A stretch of DNA of 51,069 bases from Kudoa neothunni (taxonomy: Eukaryota; Animalia; Cnidaria), in assembly GCA_964304625.1 (NCBI GenBank), contig OZ199838.1, positions 17,048,053 through 17,099,121 of the forward strand. The letters run 5' to 3'. The position numbers and the translations under genes were made by a program. Positions 1 through 10,612 of the stretch are shown piece after piece. Position 1 is the first letter of the stretch. Every line of letters begins with the position of its first letter. The notes beneath the pieces were generated by a model. It ran no database searches. It was not told the origin of the DNA and worked only from the letters and a program-made list of their open reading frames with translations.

Positions 1-1
1 T

Positions 2-1267
2 ATGTTTCGACGCGATTATTTCCACAATTCATGGAAAGAAATTGATGATGTTGAATTTAAAGGGTTCCTGGGAATCCTTATCTTAATGGGAATTCATCAA
101 GAGAGAGCGGAACCTTTGCATGAACTTTTTAGTTTATCTGAAGGGAAGCCAATTTATCGTCAGCTTTTTTCTCAAACTCGCTTTTTACAAATATCGCGAG
201 CACTACACTTTGACAACAAAGGCACAAGAATGCAAAAAAGTGTTGATAAATTTGCTGCAATTCGTAATGTTTGGAACATGTGGGTGAACGAAGCATCTCA
301 TGAAGACGTCACAATTGACAAACAACTTTTCCCTTTTAAAGGAAGATGCTCCTTTAGGCAATATATGCCTAAAAAACCGGCGAAATATGGTATTAAATTT
401 TTTCTCATGGCTGATCCCGTTGAAAAATATGTCCTCAATATTTCTCCTTATCTCGGGAAAAATGGTGAACACGCTACTAGAAGTGTTGGAGTTGGCGAAA
501 GCGTTGTTCTTTCAATTGCATCTCTATTGTACAATTCTGGGAGGAACATTGTTGCGGATAATTTTTTTTCGTCGCTATCACTGGCATCAAAGTTGCTGCA
601 AAAACGCCTTACTTATCTTGGAACTATAAGGAATAATAAGAGAGATTTGCCTCCATGTGTGCTTCCATCAAGGAACAGGGCGTTGCATAGTACCTTATTT
701 CTCTTCCATGAGAAAAGCATGATAACGCCATATGTTCCCAAGAAAGGAAAGGCCGTTAATTTGCTATCGACAGGAACAAATAACACCAACGTAGGAAATC
801 TACAAAATGACAGAAAACCACACGTTATAGAGCACTACAATAGCACTAAAGGTGGGGTCGATACTGTCGACAGGATGATATCTTCAGTATCCGTTCGTAG
901 GTTCTGCAAAAGATGGCCAGTCGTCGTATTTTATAATATAATTGACATATCATTAATCAACACCTTCTGCATCTATAAAAACATTTTTAAGGAAAATCCC
1001 CCAAAAAGAAGAGTTTTTTTAAAAGAAATGGCAGAATTATTGTACAGGCCACTTCTTAGTAGAAATACTAAAATTGAAAAAGTAGTCAAAAGAACTCTTA
1101 CATCCAATAAAAATAAACATAATGTTCCTTCAAATTCGAAATCGCAATCTAGATGCCAATTATGTCCCCGAAAAAACGATAAAAAAACGACCTTATGTTG
1201 CAAAAACTGTCAACGGTATTATTGCAAAGATCACTCATCAAAAATCTGTTCTGATTGTTCAAAATGA
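2..1267 (+). CDS. piggyBac transposase (PGBD4-like), 5'-truncated by window edge
   Basis: 421-aa ORF with piggyBac motifs TIDKQLFPFKGRC-FRQYMPKKPAKYGIK, ADNFF and YNSTKGGVDTVD (DDD triad), RWP-VFY, and a C-terminal Cys-rich domain (RCQLC..CKNC..YCKDH..C..C). Confidence 0.96.
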   Translation: MFRRDYFHNSWKEIDDVEFKGFLGILILMGIHQERAEPLHELFSLSEGKPIYRQLFSQTRFLQISRALHFDNKGTRMQKSVDKFAAIRNVWNMWVNEASHEDVTIDKQLFPFKGRCSFRQYMPKKPAKYGIKFFLMADPVEKYVLNISPYLGKNGEHATRSVGVGESVVLSIASLLYNSGRNIVADNFFSSLSLASKLLQKRLTYLGTIRNNKRDLPPCVLPSRNRALHSTLFLFHEKSMITPYVPKKGKAVNLLSTGTNNTNVGNLQNDRKPHVIEHYNSTKGGVDTVDRMISSVSVRRFCKRWPVVVFYNIIDISLINTFCIYKNIFKENPPKRRVFLKEMAELLYRPLLSRNTKIEKVVKRTLTSNKNKHNVPSNSKSQSRCQLCPRKNDKKTTLCCKNCQRYYCKDHSSKICSDCSK

Positions 1268-1516
1268 ACAATTAAATTGATTATATATTATTTTTTATTT
1301 ATTCGTCTACTTATGCTTACAAAAAATACGCATTTATACAAGTTTTTGAACAGTGCGCGAAATCATCCGATAGGATTAAAATGGGCTTAATGATGTCAAT
1401 ATTCTGTATTTTCCTTGAAATCTGTTCGTATGAATTTTTTATAACCTTGCGTATTACTTTGTATTAATTTTACAAATAAAATAATCCAAAAAAAATCTGG
1501 AGTTAAATCTACCCCA

Positions 1517-1605
1517 ATGTCGTTAGAGGTAAGTTTTTTTCATGTCGTCAGAGGTAAGTTTTTTTCATGTCGTCAGAGGTAAGTTTTTTTCATGTCGTTA
1601 GAGGG
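1517..1605 (+). repeat. 25-bp tandem repeat (3 full + 1 partial copy) containing the piggyBac terminal motif
   Basis: Unit ATGTCGTYAGAGGTAAGTTTTTTTC starts at 1517, 1542 and 1567; a partial ATGTCGTTAGAGGG lies at 1592-1605. Confidence 0.95.
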
Positions 1606-2240
1606 TTAAAGGTGATAGCTGTGATGAAGTACGAGCATTAATAGTTACTAATATCCTTATTTAGGTATTATTCTGTTAAACATCAATGTCAATTATACAC
1701 TATCATCGATTGCATTCATACAATGAAGGAATTTATACTAAAAAAAATTATAGTTACAATTAATAAATAATTTCAAAATTGCTAATAAATTTTTATGTCG
1801 TATTATTAATTTATTGTTTGCATTTTGTCCTCTAACTATTTTACGTAATTATTATTATAAAAAAATTGAGTTTCTAAGAGAATTTTCCTGATATACCTGA
1901 TTTTGGACAATCTATAAAAGCTAATACATCGACATCGATTTCAAGTATTAGGCGCCAATAAACTATAATCAACAACATTGATACTACTTTCAGTTACGTA
2001 ACTGGAACTATAACTACGACCGTTACATGTTATACTAACGATATTACATAATATTCGGTGTTTGATTAGAATACTAAACTCCGTTGCGCGAATACAACAA
2101 TTGAAATATATCAATAGAAGCCAATTTATTTACTACTTATAAATAGATAGAAAACAAACATTACAAAGTTATTTTAGTAACGATGCAAAATGTTATCATT
2201 TCAAATATTATAATTCAATAGTGATACTTTAATAAAAATT

Positions 2241-3766
2241 ATGATGATACCATTTTATAAACTACTCTTTTTACTCCTATGTAAAGCTATAAAAATTTTA
2301 TATATTACGATTATATAAATAGTTGTGAAAGAAGTGCACTTTTTGAATATTTTCAAAAAAAAAAGAAAAGATAAAAATGAAACCATTAGTGTAAAGAGTG
2401 TAAAGAGTGTAAAGAGTGTAAAGAAGTTATCTGATAGAAATCCTATAATTATTAGTAAATTATTATTATTATATTATTATTAGTGTCCAATACGTATGTG
2501 TCAATATCTAACTAATTTTTAAAGTTCCTGGATTGCTATCTAGTAAATTATATGGTAAAATAGAGAGTAATGCTCGTTTACCTTCTGCATGTTCCAAAGA
2601 TCCGTCGATCCATTTGATCTGGTTAGACGTAAATTCAATAATTGACATTCCATGTTTTCATAAATATTTCAGGTATATTCTTGAAATAAAATTTTTAAAC
2701 GTTATTTATTACTGAAATAGATTGGAATATGATCGAAAATTCAATATGATGGTGGATGTGAAGGGAGTAAAAATTGGAACGTTTCTATTCGGGGATGTGT
2801 TCAATGTTGAGGCAATCGGCACCCAATTCATTCGATTTAAGAAAATATTTACAAATATTATTAATTTTTTGCAACTTAAGGGATACAAAAACATGGAAGA
2901 CCTTTTGGGAGCACCATATGATTTCCGAAAACTGCCATGTAAACTTACAAAGAGATTACCAAACTAAAATAAATATAGCACAACCATATAAAGATTATTA
3001 TTTTGCCGAATTAAAGAGCAAAATCACTCAGTTAGTTAATATTACGAAGAAAAAGGCTGTGCTCATTTCACACAGTATGGGAAGTGCTCTAACCCATTCA
3101 TTTCTTTCGGAACAAGATCAATTCTGGAAAAAACAACATATTGCCTCATGGATATCAATCAATGGTGCGCTTGCTGGGTCAATCAAAGCATTCGCCACGT
3201 GGAATTATTTTTATACTGGCGAGAAATCTGCTTTAAACATGGCAAAACAATATCTTTCTAATGACATGTTCCTCACCTATCCCTCAATTTATTATTTGAA
3301 ACCTAGCCGATCCTATTTTGGTCCAAATCGAGTACGTTTTTTAAGTTTATTTCATCTCTATCCTATAATTAATATAGATTCTCCTAGAAAAAGAATCTAA
3401 GATTTATATGATTCACAACATAGAATGATGGCTAAGATTTTTCAAAATATGAGTATACCTGATATATGGGTAGAAAAACCAATCAACGTTCCCTTTTACT
3501 GCATTTTCAGTACAGGAATACCAACTATTGATACATTTACAGTTAATCGTAATAACGTATTGAAGCATAATAAATTCAAACATGTCAGTGGGGATGGTAC
3601 ACTCACTGATGATGAATTACATTCCTGCAAAATTATTGCTAATAAAAACAAAAATTTTCAAAATAAGGTTACCGCTCTAGAAGGCTTTAAACATACAGCA
3701 GCTCTTCGAAGTAACGAAATTTTGGAATTACTGGAAAAATACATTAATAAACTTAATATCTCATAG
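2241..3766 (+). CDS. LCAT / group XV lysosomal phospholipase A2-like secreted lipase (multi-exon)
   Basis: Exons 2241-2280, 2323-2454, 2525-2672, 2721-2938 and 2979-3331 splice in frame through GT-AG introns. They give signal peptide MMIPFYKLLFLLLF, NPIIIIPGLLSSKL, GAPYDFRKLP and nucleophile motif LISHSMG. The last exon has SGDGTL (Asp) and FKHTAAL (His). The last junction (3331-3401) could not be resolved cleanly in frame. Confidence 0.88.
2388..2423 (+). repeat. 9-bp coding tandem repeat AGTGTAAAG x4 (SVK x4)
   Basis: Directly visible; in frame in exon 2 of the lipase gene. Confidence 0.9.
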
Positions 3767-4139
3767 AAATGATATTTTAATCTTAATATCGTATTACTAT
3801 TTTTGAAGCTTTTTCTAATGGCAAAATTTAATATAAAATTTTATATTATCAACCAAAAGAATTTTCCTGGGAATATTGAATTTATTGAATTTATTGTATA
3901 ATATTTTAATATCTTGATTCTTACAACGAAAATAATTATTTAGTCATTGAAAATTCTTCATATTTAAAATTTAATTATACTTTCTTTACTGATGCTTTAA
4001 AGAAATTCTCCACTTTACAAGTATTAATTATTATGATTAATTCAAACACAATATGTACTTAATAATATACCGAGTATCGAAACTAAACCTATATCATTAT
4101 TTTTATAACAAATCCGTACGAAAAAAAAGTTATATCTAA

Positions 4140-5295
4140 CTATGTAAATTAGTAGGTATTAAATATATATTAACCTTGTGTATTACAACATCGCCTTTCG
4201 ATTATTTATTTTGTATGTAAATTTTGTCATTAAAACGCTCATATTATAGTTTCATCGCCAAAACATTATCTACAATTTTAAAAAAGTATTAATTATCGAG
4301 TAATGTAATATATTTTGTTAAATGAATCGATTATAAATAAAACATAACAACTTTACTTCAAAAAGAATCGAAAGATGTGTGCGAGGAGTCGAAGATTTCA
4401 CTCTAAGCGTTATTGTACCCAATCGCGGAAAAGATGAAATTAAATAGATATGGAGGTGATTATTTTCCTGGAATCATATAATCTTCTTATTTGAATGTAA
4501 AGAAATTCAAGCACACTCTTTTGGTGTAAAAATTCGTATTAGTAATATCGGTTGCAATAAGCGATGCGAGGAACGACCTACGTACGTAAATATAAGTCAT
4601 GAAATTGTAATTATATTATTTCAAATTCTCTAACTTTGTACAAATATTTGAATTATCTGCATTAAGATTTTTTCCAAAAACATTCATTTATATTTTTTGT
4701 CAGCCGATAGAAAGAATTAAACAAAACTTTTTAAATATACTCTAATTTGGAACATTTTTCTTATCGATATTAAATTTAAGATCGTTTGAAGGAGATTACA
4801 AAAATAGATAAAATTTTATAATTAAAATATTACTTATGAAACTTATTTCTTCGAGCAAGTAAATTTCATCTTTTCCAGCATGAACTATAATGCACGCAGC
4901 TGTACAACCCCTAAATATCAACTTAATTAATGTAAATTATTAGATTAATTAAAAGCGCAACATTTATGTTGAATTTAACCTAATTATGACATGTACCACT
5001 AATTTATCATTAATCAATAAATTGAGGACAGTATTATTGCATTAAAAACTATGAATACAACTTTCAACATTTCCGTATTAATTCATACAAAAACGTTTCC
5101 TATTATTATTTGAAATTTTTTTAATTTTCTAAGCTTTATAAAAGTTTCGTGACAATGATCGTTGGCGAAGGATATTTCCGGTCTTGCATTTTGTCTTTTT
5201 GACGTTGACGTAGTTAGAAATCACCATCATTGTAAAATACGAAGCTGATATGTCTCTCACGATCATTATAAAGAAACAACATACTTAGCTTGTGA
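4140..5295 (+). pseudogene. possible decayed glycosyltransferase family 7 (beta-1,4-galactosyltransferase-like) gene
   Basis: Ordered fragments LSVIVPNRGKDE (~4400), NITYETYFFEQ|gt (~4830-4858), NTTFN (~5055) and HFVF(F)DVDV with one frameshift (~5187-5212) loosely follow the GT7 order IIPFRNR / YGIYVIEQ / FNR / CFVFxDVD. Stops and frameshifts are present and no WGxEDD motif was found. Confidence 0.25.
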
Positions 5296-5414
5296 GTTAA
5301 AACCTTATATTATATAAAAATTTCTTTCTCTTTATTTTTTTGGAACTTACAACCAGTCTCAACAAGTCGGGTTAACTAAGTATCTACACCGAACCTAAAA
5401 TGAATCATCTAGAT

Positions 5415-5973
5415 CAGTGGTCCTCAACCGGTGGTAATTTACCCTTGTGGGCATATTTTAAATAAAAGGGGATAAATTAAGTGAAATGAAAAATTTGATG
5501 GAGGCAATTTTTTCGCTAAAGGGTTTATGACGTATTTAAGGATTTTTAAGGAATTATATTACAGGGCTATTAAACTCAATAAAAAGTTGGCAGAAATTTT
5601 CTTATATTGCTCGTTTATTTTTTAGTGATGGAACCTAATAATAATATTACTTAAAGTGGCCATTTGTATTGTAAACAATAATTAGGTGTCATTAGTTTTG
5701 ACAATTTTTAATTATTTTTGATCTTAAGAGCGAAAGGTTGTAGTAGAAATAGTCTAATTTAGCATAAACTAAAAAATAAAATTTGTTGAAAGCTTGTGAG
5801 TAAGAGTTGATGGGATTAAAAATTGTTATTGCACAGGCGTACATGTCTTATAATTAGAAGTTCTTATGCAAATTGCCTATGTCATAGCTAGACTATTATA
5901 GAACCTTAAAGTAAATATGAATTTGGGTTTCAACGCAAGGGGTTAAATTTAAAAAAACGGTTAAAAACCCCTG
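5415..5973 (+). mobile_element. hAT (Charlie-type) non-autonomous element / MITE
   Basis: Ends CAGTGGTCCTCAACCG ... CGGTTAAAAACCCCTG are imperfect TIRs. Left flank ATCTAGAT matches the Charlie NTCTAGAN target; right flank ATCTAATG is a degenerate copy. Confidence 0.8.
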
Positions 5974-7269
5974 ATCTAATGTAATTATTAAATTTTTCAA
6001 AAAATATTTAAAAATTAGTTTTAAATAAGTTATCAGATATTTAATTTTCCTTTTTATGTCGAATTTATTGATTTATTGATAGTGGCAGGTTACCTTTTTT
6101 AGATATGTGATACGAAAAGCCATCTAATTAATATTGCTTGTAAAAAACATTTTAATATTCCACTCAAAATTTTTATATAATCCCAGTGCAAATAATTTGG
6201 ACTATATTTCTCGTGTTTTTTATAACAGAAAACCATGTATTGATTGGATTTAAAATTACCTCAGAGAGGTTACAAATTTTGACATTTGAAGATAAATGCT
6301 TTTATATTTTGATAGAAACATTTATAATGCAATTTCTTCTAAATTTTGAATAATTAAAACAAACTAGCATTGATTAGCCAGTGAAAGGCATTTTATTTTT
6401 AATTATATTATTTTATTTAATTGTTTGATGTTTCAATTTAACCTAATGATAATAAAATGATTATCCATTTCATTGAGTGATATAAAAAATCGATTAAAAG
6501 AATATACTTTTAGACTAAAAGCTATTTCTACTATAACTCCATAAAAAATTTTAATTTATCGATATAATCAATGAAAACTAAAATAAATTATTTACATCTG
6601 ATAATAAATTAAATATTGTTATTTCCTTGTCATTTATGGATGTGATCGAGTTAATATTAAATTTTCCATTAGATAAAGATTTGTAGAAATCAAAATTTAA
6701 ATATTAATTCGTTATTTAGTATTTTGTGCTAAACATTCGCTTATACTATCGCGCATGTGCGGACTGTCGGATTTTCTGTATTTTCGTTTTAATTACCAAC
6801 TTGAAAATTATCTGACGAAAATATATATAAAATAAAATTCATATAATTTTTACTGAAAATTAATTTTAACTTGAAATAATTCAAAAAACAACTTAAAAAG
6901 ATAATTGTGACTAATTAAGTGTAAATTCTAACTCTACTTATATTGAACTTATAAAAATACATAAAGAAACTTTTAGGATTCGAGTTATTATAAAATATGT
7001 TGTGGTCTGTTTAATTTTTTTATACAGAAGTGAATATTTTACGTTTTTTATCCAAACACGCGAAGATTTTAATTTGATTGTTATCTTTTGAATATAAAAT
7101 AAAAGATTATAATTTTAAAAAAATTGTAATAAATACCCTATTAAAAATGTGAATTAATTTTTAATAATATTATAAAAATTGCAATTGCTTATCGGACTTA
7201 ATTTCAACTTGTTAGTGTTGGACGCGAGAATCGCACAAGGTATACCTTCAAGAGAGGTTCCATTACTTA

Positions 7270-8293
7270 GAATTAGGCCTTTAAAAGTACGAGGGTGATT
7301 ATGCGTAGCAATGAGGATTATTAAGGATTTGGATTTCATGATTCCAACGTTACACGATTATTACTAGTTTTTACAAACATTTTGATGGAAAATACATCTC
7401 AATAAATTAATTATATTAATGTAGATTATAAAATATGACATAATGTTTCATTTTATATTAAAAGACTAATTAACTAATGTTTATTTTTAGATTTTACGCC
7501 ATTTTTATATTACTGAGATAAATCATGAAAAAATGGATTCAACTTATTTATATCCATTATTGATTTAATTAAAAAATCTAAAAAAACGTATATTTTTATT
7601 TGTAACGATTTCTATAATTTATTGTTAATTTCAATTAAATAATAATTATTTAATATTTTTATTTTTAGTTATTCAATGAAAATAAATAAAAATATAACTT
7701 AAAAAAATAAAGTAAAAAGTTCCACGTTAGAATTTTGGAACAAATATTATTATACAATTTTTTTAATCATGAATAAACTATGCTGAAAAATTTATAAACT
7801 AAAAGCCACACTAAGGAATATTATTGTTAAATCAAAACTTCATAGCTTCAATTATGAATAGAATAAATCAGAATGTTCTTTTTTGAAAATACAAAGTCAC
7901 ATGATTGAACATCTACAAACTCATTACTAACGGATACAAATACAAAAAAATTCAGTGAACAATTAAGGAATTCAAATTTTTTAAAATCATAATGAAATAA
8001 TAACTTTTTCGATGTATCTATCAACAACATAGAGATTCCATGTGAATCTTAATGTGTTCGACTTAAGATTTATTTCCAGCTTTAGATTAATTCTTTTTGA
8101 TTTTATTTTAACTACACAATGTAATTTTTTGTGATAAGAACAAAAATGAAAAAGCTTTTGAAAACGAGCTGAATTAACAGGACGAATTGTAATTGTAGGA
8201 AATGACTTTATTTCCGATTATGTATGCGACACCGCCTCAAGTTCGTACACAGATACTGTAGTATTGTAGTTTAGATGATATTTTAAAAGAAAT
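7270..8293. repeat. direct repeat copy 1 (homologous to ~14415-15973)
   Basis: Collinear blocks: 7270-7350 ~ 14415-14500, 7510-7590 ~ 15268-15345, 7681-8293 ~ 15372-15973. Confidence 0.9.
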
Positions 8294-10612
8294 AAAATAG
8301 TTTGGAATAAAGAATAATGCACTTCCGAATGTTGATAAGAAAATTTCTCCGAACATTTTTTACAAAAATCCACTGTGAACAAATCACACAATCTTGTTAA
8401 TACATTGACTTAATCTCTTCGAAATCAACCCTCGATTTTTTTACGGTCTACGGTATAATCGATACATTATTCACTACAATTTGTTCGTTCGATCAACATT
8501 TAACTCTCAGACACTAAGTAAATGTCTCCCTCATTCGAAAAGCAGGGATTTAAACAGGGCATTGAAGAGTTACAATTAACACTCGTACTGAGTAGATATT
8601 TTTCACCTTTGAATGAGTTTGAGGTCGTTTTTACCCCAGTATGGAAATAGTGGTTTTATGAATAAATTTCTCAATTACAAACGACAAAAATATTAAAATT
8701 TATAAAATTTAACTATCTAATTATAATTTTAATTTTAGTGGCTATTTGAATGTTTGTTATTGCTCTCTCTTGGACAAATGGAACATCTTTTCGTTTAATT
8801 TAAATCTCATTCAAACACAAGTTAGGACGTTTCTTTAATAATTATCAACAAAAGAAGCATTCATATTAGTAAATAATATAATTAATGGAAGCAAAACCTT
8901 AAGTTACCAGATTTACAGACCTTACCGTACTTTTTAATCGTTATCATAAAGTTATTTTTAGTAATTTACTCATTAATTCTATAAACTATCAATTATTTAA
9001 AAGTGATATGACCAATGAAGACGTAATCGTTCAATACTATAAAATATTCTAGAGTTTTTTCATCTATTTAAATATTTTAAAATTTGAAATTTATAAGTCA
9101 AAAAATTCATCTTATATTTAAAAAATTATTTTTTCACGATCTTTATTACTAAAACAAAGTAAAGAATAAATTCAACATAATAATTTTTACTATAAATTGT
9201 ACAAAATAATAACAATTTTCAACTTTAACATCACTTTTGATCAATTGTGTATATTATTAAACGATAGAAAAAGTTCATCGAGACTTTGTCAACATTTATT
9301 TACATTCCAAGTTTACTCCATTAATATTGATCAGAGTTTCTCAAAATTTTAACATTAATTTGAAAACGAGAAGATAATTCATTGTAATGAGCGTCTTAAC
9401 GTACTTTCAATATTCTATATCAGTTGTCAATAATAAATAATAAAAATTTTAATCGAATTGATTGGTGAATATTTTTTTTAATTAGGAACCGATAAAACCC
9501 GAATTTTTATCTTTTATCTAAATAAAAGTCGAAAAACATTGAATTTAAAATTATATAATTCAGTCGATAATATCAATATCTTTAGAAAAATTAAACTTAT
9601 TAATTTCAATCCCAATTAAAAATAAAAGAAATTCTTTATCTCAACGAATTTTTACGATTTAATTACGAGGAACCAAATAGGCCCTGATAAATTCGATGGT
9701 TGATAATCACAAACACTCCTTGTAAAAATAACCCAAACTCAATAAAATTAAGTTTAGTTACATTTAGCTTACTTTTCTCAAGTAAATTTTAACTGACTAT
9801 CACTCATTACTAGTTCAAATAAAACCAATAATAAGGACATTTAAGCGTATAAACTGATAAGGATTTAAACAATTTAAATAATACTTTGGCAAATATATAT
9901 TCAAATGTATATCAGAATAAGAAATATCGTAGTTTATAAATTGTGATTTTTGAAAAGAGAGTAATTTTCTTTTTGTCATATGAATAAATATAATTCTGAT
10001 TGTATTGAACAAAAAATTTTAACAACATTAAACATATATATAGAATATGTTAAAATAAATATCCATAATTATGCTGTAAAAAAAGTAAATTTAAATTATA
10101 TTTCAACTACGTTAATGATAAAAGTGTGATTAATGTTTAGGCGGGAATAAGATTCTTTAATTACGACATTAAATACAACAATTGGTTTAACTTTATAATT
10201 TCAATGAGTTAATAATCAATAATAAAAATACAAAAATTATTTATAATAATATTCAAGATGGAATTATTTCGTGTATATATAAATATTTTTGAAAGATATT
10301 GTAAAAAAATCTATTGTATGATATAGAACAAGAAATTTGTATTCAAAATAAATACACTCAATTCAGTTAAATAAAAAATTTCTTTTCGTATCTTCCGAAA
10401 AGGTAATTATACATGATTTGAAATAATTTAAATATTAATCACACATCAGGACAAACTTAAATATGTTATATATTAATTGATTATTTTATATTAAAAAATA
10501 GTACATCTTAGTATAAATGTATAATAATTTTGGTAATTTTAATTAATTAATAATACGATTATATTAATAAATAATCAGATCAAAAAATTTCATATTAAAC
10601 TATAGGAAAATT

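Larger units (their letters stand above)
1..1605 (+). mobile_element. piggyBac element 1 (right portion; right terminus ...TTAGAGGG|TTAA)
   Basis: Transposase is followed by a subterminal GGAGTTAAATCTACCCCA motif (1499-1516) and a terminal AGAGGG ending at 1605, with the TTAA target at 1606-1609. Confidence 0.88.

Noticed and set aside
203-1203. Antisense and alternate-frame ORFs over piggyBac 1 (likewise those over Gypsy, Tc1-like and coiled-coil regions)
   Set aside because: Shadow ORFs of real coding frames with no recognisable motifs.
1517-1605. CRISPR-like array
   Set aside because: Units are contiguous with no unique spacers, there are no cas genes, the context is eukaryotic, and the array is explained by the piggyBac terminus.
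7790-8050. Ulp1/C48-like protease resemblance (ISMLLID..KK..HYD ... CG)
   Set aside because: The catalytic HW is absent in both copies (HG and PG) and the CG motif is in another frame; too weak to call.
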